From: Alphaproteobacteria bacterium
GTDB lineage: Bacteria; Pseudomonadota; Alphaproteobacteria; Rs-D84
DNA: 64,000 nt
Direction: 5' to 3'
NCBI GenBank assembly: GCA_031549365.1
Contig: JAVBPX010000003.1
Location: 37,602-101,601 of the forward strand
Shown here: positions 10,215 to 21,191 of the stretch, piece after piece
Numbering within the stretch: position 1 is the stretch's first letter
Layout of the letters: each line of letters starts with the position of its first letter
Position numbers and translations under genes: made by a program
The notes under the pieces: generated by a model
Told to the model about the DNA's origin: nothing
What the model saw: the letters and a program-made list of their open reading frames with translations, nothing else
Database searches by the model: none

Positions 10215-10974
10215 TAAAAATTTATCATCAAAAATATCCCCCTCGCCCCTTGCGGGAGAGGGTCGGGGTGAGGGGTCGCACAGAAAATACGATATCAAAA
10301 CGAAGACTTTTGCAAGAAATTTAAGAAAAAATCAAACAGATGTAGAAATAAAATTATGGTCAGTATTGCGAAATAATAATTTTAAAGATTTTAAATTTCG
10401 CCGACAATTTCAAATTGACAATAAATACATAGCCGATTTTGTTTGTTTGGAAAAAAGGTTAATCATTGAACTTGATGGCGGGCAACATTCAGAAAGCAAT
10501 CATGATAAAATACGAACAAAATATATAAACAAACAAAATTTTAAAATTTTACGATTTTGGAATAATGAAATTAATAAAAATATGGATGGATGCCTGGCCG
10601 CGATTATGAATGAATTGTTAAAAAACCCTCACCCTGACCCTCTCCCGCAAGGGACGAGGGAACATATTGAATCTAGAAAACAATTTAAACGCAACATCGA
10701 AAATTTTATTTGCAAACATTGCGGCACATCGGTCGTTGGCAACGGATACACAAATCATTGTCCAAAATGTTTATACAGTTTGGATGTCGATATTAACCCG
10801 GGCGATCGAGCATCAAATTGCGGTGGGTTGATGAAGCCGATTGGGATTACAGTACGTGGGGATGATTACATAATTCATCATAAATGTGTAAAGTGTGGCA
10901 AAGAACGGCCAAATAAATCATCTCCAAACGATGATATGAATGCAATAATAAAAATATCAAAACAAGAAATTTAA
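10201..10974 (+). CDS. DUF559 endonuclease-like domain fused to an RNHCP zinc-binding domain
   Basis: ARNLRKNQT..E..LW, KFRRQ, YIADFVC...LIIELDGGQH, ILRFWNNE; then FICKHCG...NHCPKCLYS...PGDRASNCGGLM...HKCVKCG. Confidence 0.85.
   Translation: MPKIDKNLSSKISPSPLAGEGRGEGSHRKYDIKTKTFARNLRKNQTDVEIKLWSVLRNNNFKDFKFRRQFQIDNKYIADFVCLEKRLIIELDGGQHSESNHDKIRTKYINKQNFKILRFWNNEINKNMDGCLAAIMNELLKNPHPDPLPQGTREHIESRKQFKRNIENFICKHCGTSVVGNGYTNHCPKCLYSLDVDINPGDRASNCGGLMKPIGITVRGDDYIIHHKCVKCGKERPNKSSPNDDMNAIIKISKQEI
10237..10660. mobile_element. DUF559 cassette bounded by 35-bp inverted palindromic repeats
   Basis: CCCTCGCCCCTTGCGGGAGAGGGTCGGGGTGAGGG (~10240-10274) matches the reverse complement of 10626-10660 with 2 mismatches. 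Confidence 0.7.
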
Positions 10975-11028
10975 AAAACCAGCGCGAATACTGGGCAATA
11001 AAAAATCCCCCGATTTGGGGGATAAATA

Positions 11029-11235
11029 TTAGAATCCGAAAACCATTTTTTGTTTTGATTGACGTTTCTTTTCACGACGGACAGCTTCCGCGCCCAAGCG
11101 TTTTTTTGCTTCGGTTGGGGTTTCGTGGCGTTGACGTTCCTTCATTTCGCGATACAGTCCTTCCTTTTGCGCTTTACGTTTTGCAACACGCAATGCTTGT
11201 TCAACGTTGTTATCACGAACAGACACTTTTACCAT
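11029..11235 (-). CDS. rpsU: 30S ribosomal protein S21
   Basis: VSVRDNNVEQALRVAKRKAQKEGLYREMK...ETPTE. Confidence 0.95.
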   Translation of the reverse strand: MVKVSVRDNNVEQALRVAKRKAQKEGLYREMKERQRHETPTEAKKRLGAEAVRREKKRQSKQKMVFGF

Positions 11236-11401
11236 TTAAATACACCCCCTTTTTGAAACGTTTGATGGTTAAACAGGCCCGTATTATGAACATATTCCAT
11301 TGAAATAGCAAGAAATAATTTAAAAAATAAAATCGGATTGCCGGCCATGCTGATTTTTGCTATAATGCATCGGCATTTTAAATCACACAAAGGAGTATTA
11401 A

Positions 11402-12415
11402 ATGGCAAAAAAAATTCGCGTTGCAATTAACGGATTTGGTCGTATTGGACGCTTGGTATTACGCGCAGCATTGGAATCCGGACGATCGGACATTGAATTC
11501 GTTGCAATTAACGATTTGGCACCAGTGAATGTATCGGCCCATTTGTTGGAATATGATTCGGTTCATCGTCATTTGGATAAAAAGATTAAATTCGGCAAAG
11601 ACTTCATTGAAATTGATGGAAAAAAAATCCCGGTGTTTGCGGAACGCGATCCGAAAATGTTGCCTTGGAAAAAATTAAATGTTGATATCGTTATGGAATG
11701 TACCGGCATATTTACCGCCGCAGACAAAGCGCGAGTTCATTTGGATGCCGGCGCAAAACGAGTATTGGTATCGGCCCCATCCGATGGCGCAGACGCCACT
11801 ATCGTATACGGCGTTAATGAAAAAACTTTGAAAAAATCACATAAAATTATTTCAAATGCTTCGTGTACAACAAATTGTTTGGCCCCGATTGCATCCGTGT
11901 TGGATGAAAAATTCGGAATTGTTTCCGGATATATGACAACATGCCATGCTTATACCGGCGACCAACGTTTGGTTGATACTGAACATCGCGATTTACGCCG
12001 CGCACGCGCAGCCGCCATGTCAATGATTCCATCGTCAACGGGCGCTGCCAAGGCGATCGGTTTGGTATTACCAAAATTGGCCGGCAAATTGGACGGAACA
12101 TCAATCCGCGTTCCAACACCGGACGTATCTGTTGTTGAACTGGTCGTTTCGTTAAAAAAGAAAACAACCGAATCCGAAGTAAATATCGCAATGGATGCGG
12201 CCGCAAAAAAACAATTGAAAAACATTTTGGGATACAATCAACACCAATTGGTATCGATTGATTTCACACACGATCCACGCAGTTCAATTTTTGATGCAAC
12301 CCAAACCAAAGTAATTGGCGGTAATTTGTTGCATGTAACCGCCTGGTACGATAACGAATGGGGATTTTCAAACCGCATGTGCGACACCGCTGTTGCGATT
12401 GGCAAATTGATTTAA
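11402..12415 (+). CDS. gap: Glyceraldehyde-3-phosphate dehydrogenase type I
   Basis: INGFGRIGR, SNASCTTNCLAP, WYDNEWGFSNRM; followed by a GCCCCG/CGGGGC-T6 terminator. Confidence 0.99.
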   Translation: MAKKIRVAINGFGRIGRLVLRAALESGRSDIEFVAINDLAPVNVSAHLLEYDSVHRHLDKKIKFGKDFIEIDGKKIPVFAERDPKMLPWKKLNVDIVMECTGIFTAADKARVHLDAGAKRVLVSAPSDGADATIVYGVNEKTLKKSHKIISNASCTTNCLAPIASVLDEKFGIVSGYMTTCHAYTGDQRLVDTEHRDLRRARAAAMSMIPSSTGAAKAIGLVLPKLAGKLDGTSIRVPTPDVSVVELVVSLKKKTTESEVNIAMDAAAKKQLKNILGYNQHQLVSIDFTHDPRSSIFDATQTKVIGGNLLHVTAWYDNEWGFSNRMCDTAVAIGKLI

Positions 12416-12527
12416 TTCGATTTAAACCCTGCCCCGTATAACGCGGGGCTTTTTTATGTAGTATATTCTTATTGACAATACTTTTCGTTTGTTACAAAAT
12501 GAAAGTCATAAACCAAAGGATTATATT

Positions 12528-12947
12528 ATGTGGACAAATAAAACATGGTTAAACAAAAAATGGGTTAATTTGCAAGCGATTACGAAAATCAAGAATAAAG
12601 CAGATAAATCATCTGTGGCAACAGAAGCAGAGTTTTCAGATTTTGAAAACGCTGAAATAGTAAAGTTTTTGGATTTGGGATATGGCCTGCGCTATGTTGG
12701 CGGAGCGATAAAGTTATACCACAGCCTGAAAGAGATTATGCCAATACTATCGAAACACAGATCAAACAATTCGGTGGACTTGGTTTGGAGCGAATCTTTG
12801 GAATATGAAATTGGGATAACAAGAGAATTACATCTTTTGGATAAGATTAAAGATTTAAAAAAAGAGCTTGCAGAAGTCGAATTAAAAAACATAGAAAAAG
12901 CGCGTAAATTAGTGGAAGATATGCGCGAAATATCAAACGGAAGATAA
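12528..12947 (+). CDS. Hypothetical protein
   Basis: ATG 12528 behind AAAGGA; upstream TTGACA-N17-CAAAAT; C-terminal coiled coil. Confidence 0.6.
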   Translation: MWTNKTWLNKKWVNLQAITKIKNKADKSSVATEAEFSDFENAEIVKFLDLGYGLRYVGGAIKLYHSLKEIMPILSKHRSNNSVDLVWSESLEYEIGITRELHLLDKIKDLKKELAEVELKNIEKARKLVEDMREISNGR

Positions 12948-12948
12948 A

Positions 12949-13239
12949 ATGTCCCCATATCCCAGTCCCAGAAAAATTAAAAAATTATGCAATCACCTCA
13001 TCGATTTAGCCCACAGTTCTGGTTTAACTTTTTCAGAACGCCGACGTTGTTTGTCCTTGGCCGAAATGCTGTTAATAATGTCCAACAACCCCAATACCCC
13101 AATCGATGCGGTTAAATTTACATACGATGTGGCAATGTCCCACGCAAACACAGTTGAATATAATAAAAGAGATCGTTACCTGAAAAATTTAAAGCATTTG
13201 GGACAACGCGCCATCGAAAAATTTAATCTGGGCCGATAA
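12949..13239 (+). CDS. Hypothetical protein
   Basis: 96-aa ORF coupled to the previous gene; hairpin plus T-run after stop. Confidence 0.55.
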   Translation: MSPYPSPRKIKKLCNHLIDLAHSSGLTFSERRRCLSLAEMLLIMSNNPNTPIDAVKFTYDVAMSHANTVEYNKRDRYLKNLKHLGQRAIEKFNLGR

Positions 13240-13340
13240 GTTCGGCCATTTTTTTATAAATAAACCCGATATTAATTCTTGACAAAATGATTTATTGTGC
13301 TAGATTATGACTATAACGACCATAATCAAAGGAGAGCGAT

Positions 13341-13685
13341 ATGGACCGGAATCAATACAAATCAAAATTTTTCTCGGAATCCACACCATTGAACATACCA
13401 TGCGCTGCCGATTTGCTGGAAATGTTCCAAGAAACGCGCGACGTTACCGGATTAAAGAAAAGAGAACGCTCATTACGCGCCCATTTTTATCGTAAATGTT
13501 TACGCGCCATTAACGAGTGTATAATGATTTCCGATTCTGATTTATGTGAAATGGCAAAGTTCGCACATAAATTGGAAAACATGAAAGAAAAACAAGAACA
13601 ATCAATGTTGCACTTGGATTATTTAAACAGCCCTGCAATTTATGGATCACATTTACGTTATATTGAACGCAACAACGGAAAATAA
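13341..13685 (+). CDS. Hypothetical protein
   Basis: AAAGGAG RBS; upstream TTGACA-N16-TAGATT. Confidence 0.65.
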   Translation: MDRNQYKSKFFSESTPLNIPCAADLLEMFQETRDVTGLKKRERSLRAHFYRKCLRAINECIMISDSDLCEMAKFAHKLENMKEKQEQSMLHLDYLNSPAIYGSHLRYIERNNGK

Positions 13686-13696
13686 GAGGAAAAATT

Positions 13697-14179
13697 ATGA
13701 CAAAAAGAATTAATATCCCTGAAAACTATCGCCCTTCGATAAATGATTTTATTTCATTGAACGACTTGTTATTAAAGCTGAAAAATGTAAAGAGATTATC
13801 CCAACACCGCGCACTAGTTAACACATGGCAAAAACAATGCGAAGCCATTGCTGATTTTTTGGTAGCCCAAGTGAAAAACGATATGATAATAACTCGGAAA
13901 CTCCCAAATCAGGAAAAACATAACATGGCCCGCAATGGGTTTATAACCGATCAAAACCATGTTGATTTCTTTCATAAAATTGCGGATTTTGCATTAAATG
14001 CCCGTCCTATGGTTTCAAATAATGTTTTGAATTCCATTGAATGCTCCAAAGACGATTTCCAGGAACATTATGCAGAAATGGCCCCCATTGTGCATGTTGT
14101 TGAAGATAAAAAGTTTTACAGCCCATTGTCAGAAATCAGGGCCAGCGCAAATTCCAAATATCACCTGGCCAGCAAATAA
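13697..14179 (+). CDS. Hypothetical protein
   Basis: GAGGA RBS; followed by the AAAATCCCC...GGGGATTTTT terminator. Confidence 0.65.
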   Translation: MTKRINIPENYRPSINDFISLNDLLLKLKNVKRLSQHRALVNTWQKQCEAIADFLVAQVKNDMIITRKLPNQEKHNMARNGFITDQNHVDFFHKIADFALNARPMVSNNVLNSIECSKDDFQEHYAEMAPIVHVVEDKKFYSPLSEIRASANSKYHLASK

Positions 14180-14318
14180 TATTTTGCGTTAATTTAAACA
14201 AAAATCCCCGGGGCACCCTTGGGGATTTTTTCATATTAAAAAACTATAAAAAATAAAAAAATCAAGTAATTTTTTTAATAAATGGTGCCGTATATCCGCC
14301 ATTTTTTGATTTTTATGA

Positions 14319-15446
<1,128 letters not shown>

Positions 15447-15537
15447 TACAAAAATGTCAAATTTTTAAAAATTTCCCTTGAAATTACAATAATTATCATG
15501 TATATTGGGCCGCATACGAATAAAACAGAGGTATATT

Positions 15538-15747
15538 ATGAAAAAAGGAATTCACCCAGAATATCACACAATCAAAGTAACTTTGGTTGATGGAAAAACA
15601 GTTGAAATGTTTTCTTCTGTTAAAAAAGACATGGTTTTGGACACAGATCCAACAAACCACCCTGCTTGGACCGGCAACCGCGTTGTTGCAGATCGTGGAC
15701 AACGTTCAGACAGCTTTAAAAAGAAATTTTCTGGCTTTAAATTTTAA
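15538..15747 (+). CDS. rpmE: 50S ribosomal protein L31
   Basis: MKKGIHPEYH...LDTDPTNHPAWTG...FKKKF. Confidence 0.96.
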   Translation: MKKGIHPEYHTIKVTLVDGKTVEMFSSVKKDMVLDTDPTNHPAWTGNRVVADRGQRSDSFKKKFSGFKF

Positions 15748-15813
15748 TTTAATGGGGTTTTGTTAAAAAGCCCCATATCTTTTTGTAAATATGTAAACAA
15801 CGGGAGTTATAAA

Positions 15814-16554
15814 ATGACATTAACAAATGAAATTCGTATCAAAGGTTCGCAAACATTAAACCAAATGTTCGAAGCATTAACGAAAACAGCCCGCGGTTTA
15901 CAACGCGATTTCGGAGAAATCGAAAATCTACAACGTTCTTTAAAGGGGTCAACTGGATTTGTTGAAAAAGCAATTCAGAGGATCGAAGCAATGATTTTAT
16001 CCGATTTACAATTGGTTCGCCCTCACGCCGGCGTCATTACAACAAATGTTTCCAAAATGGGAACCCAGGACGAAGAATTCATATTATCATTATCCGGTGC
16101 CGACAATTTTGTTCGTGGAATTTCACATTTTGCTATTTCATTGGCATTACGCGTACGCGGCAATGTTGAAATCGCATTAATTTACAGTCCAATTGATGAT
16201 CGGTTATATTATGCCGAGGCTGGCGAAGGCGCATACATATTTTCACCATTTCATCGTCAACGCATGCGCGTATCGGAACGTATGGATCCGGCCGATATTT
16301 TCGTTGGAACGGATATGTTATCGCATGAACAATTGAAAAAAATTCCATTTAATCATATTCGTTTAACTGGATGCCCTGCACTGGATATGGCATGGGTTGC
16401 TGCCGGCAAATTTGATGCTTTGATTATGGAGCAAAAAAATTACGCTGAAATCGCAGCCGGGGATTTAATCATCCGCGAATCAAATGGATTGATTATTTCC
16501 GACGATAACGGTATTATTTGTATAAACACAGCATTAAAAGATACAAAATTTTAA
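15814..16554 (+). CDS. suhB: Inositol monophosphatase family (SuhB-like), catalytic motifs degenerate
   Basis: RGLQRDFGEIENLQ.SLKG, NFVRGISHFAISLAL, RLTGCPALDMAWVAAGKFD. Confidence 0.75.
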   Translation: MTLTNEIRIKGSQTLNQMFEALTKTARGLQRDFGEIENLQRSLKGSTGFVEKAIQRIEAMILSDLQLVRPHAGVITTNVSKMGTQDEEFILSLSGADNFVRGISHFAISLALRVRGNVEIALIYSPIDDRLYYAEAGEGAYIFSPFHRQRMRVSERMDPADIFVGTDMLSHEQLKKIPFNHIRLTGCPALDMAWVAAGKFDALIMEQKNYAEIAAGDLIIRESNGLIISDDNGIICINTALKDTKF

Positions 16555-16564
16555 GAGGTTTGAA

Positions 16565-16996
16565 ATGAATTATCATATCGACAGACACTATTCAGATGAC
16601 ATTCGTGGTCAAAGCCAAAATAAAAAACCATTTGCGGACGCCGCGTCTTTGAATAAATCAATTGAACTATTGGAAGCCATAATCAAAAAATGCAATTCCA
16701 AAAATGGGAATCCTTTCATTGCCGCCAGGGCAATGAAACTGGTTTTTCGGGCAAAAAAGTTGATGGCAGAATCGGAAAATCCCGCATATACAGTTAAAAC
16801 CATTGCAAAAAATGGGCCCGCAAAAGATATCGAACAATTACCACGTGTATTAAAAGCAGACTTGACCCATATCCAAGGCGAGATGGACACATTTATTAAA
16901 ATGGCCAGAGGAAACGAAACCTTGAGCCCTGTTGTAGCAAAGATTATTGGTCTGTGTCTTGAACATATTGCGAAAGACAAAATCCACGGGATATGA
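16565..16996 (+). CDS. Hypothetical protein
   Basis: 143-aa ORF with GAGG RBS. Confidence 0.65.
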   Translation: MNYHIDRHYSDDIRGQSQNKKPFADAASLNKSIELLEAIIKKCNSKNGNPFIAARAMKLVFRAKKLMAESENPAYTVKTIAKNGPAKDIEQLPRVLKADLTHIQGEMDTFIKMARGNETLSPVVAKIIGLCLEHIAKDKIHGI

Positions 16997-17016
16997 AAAA
17001 ATCCCCAATCTCGGGA

Positions 17017-17739
17017 TTATATCAAATCATCCAAATTTCCGGCATCACGCAAAATATGTTCGGACGTGGCCGTATATGAATGGTCATCATTATGAACAAT
17101 TATGCCCGCATAAAATTTTGATGGGGATTTTACGCCCAATCGCGCCCGCAATAATATTCGTTCCGCAACACCGGTTTTAACAGACGAAATTAATGGGACG
17201 ACAGTAATATCAAATGCGTTCGAATCATGACACGCGGCAATAATTTGGGACGCCCCGCCCGCATCCACAATTGTGTAAAAATATCCGCGCGGCTTTACAC
17301 GTTTAATGCAATTTTTGGTCCAGGCATACAAATCAATTGCGGTATGTGCGCCGGACTTTAATTTATTTGGGGATGATGCGCCCGCAAAAAATGGTGGGTT
17401 CGTTACAACAATATCGAATGTATCACGAATCTTGGGCTTTAAAATGTCCGCGTTTATCAATGTCAATTCGCGTTCATTTAAATCCGCGTTTTGTTGGCAA
17501 ATTGTCAACATATCGACATTATTATCAACGCCTGTAATTTTGGCAGATGGGCAACGTTCCAACATGGACAAAGCCACCCCGCCCGTTCCGACACCAACAT
17601 CCAGGACGGCTTTCCCATTCCCATTAACCCAAGACGCCAACCAAACCGCATCTGTGGACACGGCGTATCCTGGGTTGGTTTTTAAAAATTTAACCCGCCC
17701 GCCCAAGACTGTTGAAAAATTTGTTTGTTTACTGGACAT
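17017..17739 (-). CDS. tRNA1(Val) A37 N6-methyltransferase family (TrmN6/YfiC-like)
   Basis: GYAVSTDAVWLA, VLDVGVGTGG SAM motif, VVTNPPFF. Confidence 0.85.
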   Translation of the reverse strand: MSSKQTNFSTVLGGRVKFLKTNPGYAVSTDAVWLASWVNGNGKAVLDVGVGTGGVALSMLERCPSAKITGVDNNVDMLTICQQNADLNERELTLINADILKPKIRDTFDIVVTNPPFFAGASSPNKLKSGAHTAIDLYAWTKNCIKRVKPRGYFYTIVDAGGASQIIAACHDSNAFDITVVPLISSVKTGVAERILLRARLGVKSPSKFYAGIIVHNDDHSYTATSEHILRDAGNLDDLI

Positions 17740-17797
17740 TTTGCCCCCATTATGTTTATAATAGCATAGCAATTTTTATTAACAAAAGGCAAGTTTC

Positions 17798-18196
17798 ATG
17801 TTTTCATTCATATGCCCAGCAAATGACGCCGGATCCAGCATTGCAAACACAGCGTGCAGCGCGTTTCAAAATTCCGCATTGACTCCGCCAATGTTTTTTA
17901 CTGTATTTTTAATGATGTTATTGGTTTATGCCGGTGTTTATTTTTTGGCAGACGTTATATTGGAAAAATGGTTATCCGATAAAAAACGCCGCCCATATAT
18001 AATTAATATGTTTGTTTTAGGCGTAATATTCATTTGGGCTCTGTTGTTTCAGGGGGACGATTCCGCCATGCGTGCTGGATTTTCTGTTGCGTATATTTTA
18101 ATTGCATCTGTTTTATTTGTGTCTGGATTTGTTTTGTCTTATTTATATACAGGGCAAAAAATGTCCGATAATGGCACGAAAAAGAAAAAGGATTAA
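17798..18196 (+). CDS. Membrane protein (~3 TM)
   Basis: Three long hydrophobic segments. Confidence 0.65.
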   Translation: MFSFICPANDAGSSIANTACSAFQNSALTPPMFFTVFLMMLLVYAGVYFLADVILEKWLSDKKRRPYIINMFVLGVIFIWALLFQGDDSAMRAGFSVAYILIASVLFVSGFVLSYLYTGQKMSDNGTKKKKD

Positions 18197-18198
18197 TC

Positions 18199-18960
18199 AT
18201 GTTGGGCGTAATATTTTTATTAATGTCTGTTGTATGTGGATATATTTTTTGGCAAAAAAAATTGCCACGGAATCGTTGGTTTAAACCGGCTGCCATTTTG
18301 TTTTTTATTTTGGGCGTTGGATTTTCGGGTCATCCGTCATGGATTGGATTTTTATTACCAATTGCCGCCGTTGGATGCGGATTGATTGCCGGGCATGCGT
18401 GGGCAAAATACAAAACTGTGCCGACCGCGATGCTATCAAATTATTTGGTAATTACAATTTCAGCAATTATTTGGTTGGCAACCGCCGCGATCGTTATGCA
18501 ACCAGAATATTTCCAATTCGGTCGCATGGGTTATTTAACAGTATTTCATTTGGTGTTTTTAATTGCGATTGCAATGATTGCGCCATTTGTTATTTCAATG
18601 GGGATTTTTACAAAAATTAAACGCGAAAAAACGTTTTTAAATGCGGCAACACATAAACACGCCATTATGTTATTGCGCTTGTTAATGTTGTTGGGATTGC
18701 TGTTGTTCGCAATGACTGAATCCGTTTTAATGTTTTTGATGATATCCGTTATATCGGCCGCAATTGCAGGCGTTTCCGGTGGCCATTTATTGTCGACCCA
18801 AACAAAACATATCCCAGATATGCTGTTTTCAATGTGGTTAATTTTATTGGGATTATTTGGAATTATTACAATTTTGCCTGTATTAACAATCGTTGCTATA
18901 TTATTATGGGTTGCGAATACGCCAAAAAATTTATGGAAAAATATTCGAGAATTAATTTAA
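18199..18960 (+). CDS. Polytopic membrane protein
   Basis: About 7-8 hydrophobic segments; coupled to the upstream gene. Confidence 0.7.
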   Translation: MLGVIFLLMSVVCGYIFWQKKLPRNRWFKPAAILFFILGVGFSGHPSWIGFLLPIAAVGCGLIAGHAWAKYKTVPTAMLSNYLVITISAIIWLATAAIVMQPEYFQFGRMGYLTVFHLVFLIAIAMIAPFVISMGIFTKIKREKTFLNAATHKHAIMLLRLLMLLGLLLFAMTESVLMFLMISVISAAIAGVSGGHLLSTQTKHIPDMLFSMWLILLGLFGIITILPVLTIVAILLWVANTPKNLWKNIRELI

Positions 18961-19854
18961 TTAATCCGTTAATCCGACCAAACCATTTACATAATCACGC
19001 GCATTAAAAGGACGTAAATCGTCCAGTTTTTCACCGAACCCAACAGCATATACCGGCAATGGATTTTTGGTTTTTGATGCGTATGAAATCAAAGCCCCGC
19101 CGCGTGAAGACCCATCCAATTTTGTAATTATAATTCCTGTTAATGGGGAAATTTTTGCAAAATGTTCAATTTGCAATAATGCGTTTTGCCCCGTTGTTCC
19201 ATCCAAAACCAATACTGATTCGTGTGGCGCATCTGGGATAACCTTTTGAATTACGCGTGTGATTTTGCCCAATTCATCCATTAAATCGGAACGTGAATGC
19301 AATCGTCCAGCGGTATCCAATAAAACGATGTCGGCACCCTGTTTTAATCCCAATTCAGTCGTAGAATACGCAACGGCCGCCGGATCACAACCAATTTTTG
19401 AAACCATTTCAACGCCGGCACGTCCAGCCCATACATCCAATTGTTCAACCGCTGCGCTGCGGAATGTATCACATGCACCGATTAAAACTTTTTTGCCGTC
19501 CGCTTTCCATTGATTGGCCAATTTGCCGATCGTTGTGGTTTTCCCAGCACCGTTCACGCCGGATATTAAAATAACCGTTGGCGTGGCATCAAAATGCCAT
19601 GTACATTCCAATGGTTGGACCATTGGGAACATAATATCAGATAATGCAGATTTAATTTCTGTATCTGTAACATCGTCGCCCGGTTTAAACTTTGATCGTA
19701 ATTTCACAATAATATCGTTTGCAACGGACGCATCAATATCTGCACCGATTAATAATTCCAATAAATTTTCCAGCGTTTCAGCATCCAATTTTTTTGATTG
19801 AAAAACGGATGCGATTTTATTGCCCAGGCGTGAAAATAATCCCATATTATTCAA
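18961..19854 (-). CDS. ftsY: SRP receptor FtsY (short NG-only form)
   Basis: GVNGAGKTTTIGKLA, DTFRSAAVEQL, DTAGRLH, TKLDGSSRGG. Confidence 0.97.
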   Translation of the reverse strand: MNNMGLFSRLGNKIASVFQSKKLDAETLENLLELLIGADIDASVANDIIVKLRSKFKPGDDVTDTEIKSALSDIMFPMVQPLECTWHFDATPTVILISGVNGAGKTTTIGKLANQWKADGKKVLIGACDTFRSAAVEQLDVWAGRAGVEMVSKIGCDPAAVAYSTTELGLKQGADIVLLDTAGRLHSRSDLMDELGKITRVIQKVIPDAPHESVLVLDGTTGQNALLQIEHFAKISPLTGIIITKLDGSSRGGALISYASKTKNPLPVYAVGFGEKLDDLRPFNARDYVNGLVGLTD

Positions 19855-21040
19855 CCTCTCTTAATGCTTCGACGCCGGGTAATTTTTTCCCTTCGACAAA
19901 TTCCAAAAACGCCCCGCCGGCGGTCGAAACATACGTCATATCATTCATTGTATTTGTTGCATTAATTGCGGCCACCGTGTCGCCACCACCACAAATGCTT
20001 TCAATTTTTCCCATCTTGGTTTGTTCCGCCAAATGATTTGCTATTGCGAATGAGCCACGTGAAAAATTCGCCCATTCCGCCATTCCAACGGTTCCATTCC
20101 AAATAACCATTTTGGATTTATCAATCGCCGCCAATTGTCGTTCTGTTGAAATTGGACCCGCATCCAAAATAACATCATCCGGTTCAATTTTATTCATATC
20201 ACGGAATATCGGATCGGATTCTGGCGCATACTTTTTTGCAATCGTTTTATCAACAGGCAATATTAATTCACAGCCGTATTGTTTTGCCAATTCCATGATT
20301 TCCAGGGCTGTTTCCTTCATTGTTGGTTCATACAATGAATCCCCAACCGCATATCCCATAGCATAACAAAAGGTAGTCCCCATTGCACCGTCAATTATCA
20401 TTGAATTTACTGATTTTATTAAATTTTTTAATACATCAATTTTTGTTGAAACTTTGGATCCTGCGATAATTGCCAATACTGGTTTTTTCGGATTATCAAA
20501 AATAGACGACAATGCGTTTACCTCGGCGTGCATTAACAAACCAGCATAAGAAGGCAAAATTTGTGTAACACCATACGTGGACGCATGGGCCCGATGGGCT
20601 GTTGCAAATGCGTCATTTACAAAAATATCGCAATTTAATGCCAATTGTTTTGCAAACTCTGGATCGTTGGCCTCTTCCCCCGCATAAAACCGTAAATTTT
20701 CCAATAAAATAACGTTGCCTGGGTTTAATTTTAAAATCTCGGCATCGACAACCGGCCCAATGCAGTCATTAACAAACGGGACACTAGTTCCCAAACGTTC
20801 GGATAATAAAGGAGCGATTGGTTTCAAAGTCAAACTTTCGTCCCGCCCATTTGGACGACCCAGATGTGATATAACAACAACCTTGGCCCCACGTGAAATC
20901 AAAGATTTAATTGTTGGGATGATTTGATCAATTCGAAATGTATCTGTTACAACACCATCAACCATTTGAACATTTAAATCGGCACGTAATAAAACGACCT
21001 TGCCCTGAATCGGCGCCAAAGACATATCTTTTAATTTCAT
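19847..21040 (-). CDS. pgk: Phosphoglycerate kinase
   Basis: LRADLNV, SHLGRP, LLENLRF, NDAFATAHRAHAS, STAGGAFLEFVEGKKLPG. Confidence 0.98.
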   Translation of the reverse strand: MKLKDMSLAPIQGKVVLLRADLNVQMVDGVVTDTFRIDQIIPTIKSLISRGAKVVVISHLGRPNGRDESLTLKPIAPLLSERLGTSVPFVNDCIGPVVDAEILKLNPGNVILLENLRFYAGEEANDPEFAKQLALNCDIFVNDAFATAHRAHASTYGVTQILPSYAGLLMHAEVNALSSIFDNPKKPVLAIIAGSKVSTKIDVLKNLIKSVNSMIIDGAMGTTFCYAMGYAVGDSLYEPTMKETALEIMELAKQYGCELILPVDKTIAKKYAPESDPIFRDMNKIEPDDVILDAGPISTERQLAAIDKSKMVIWNGTVGMAEWANFSRGSFAIANHLAEQTKMGKIESICGGGDTVAAINATNTMNDMTYVSTAGGAFLEFVEGKKLPGVEALREVE

Positions 21041-21191
21041 TTTTGTTATCCCCCTGTGGTATTGATATTTTACATAAATATATATGGGTTATCAAGCATC
21101 CTTTTTCAAGAATGCGACTGTGTTAAACCAAAGCTTGTTGCAAGGACAGCTATATTTTGACGGCGAAACATTAAAACTATTTTACTGCCGT

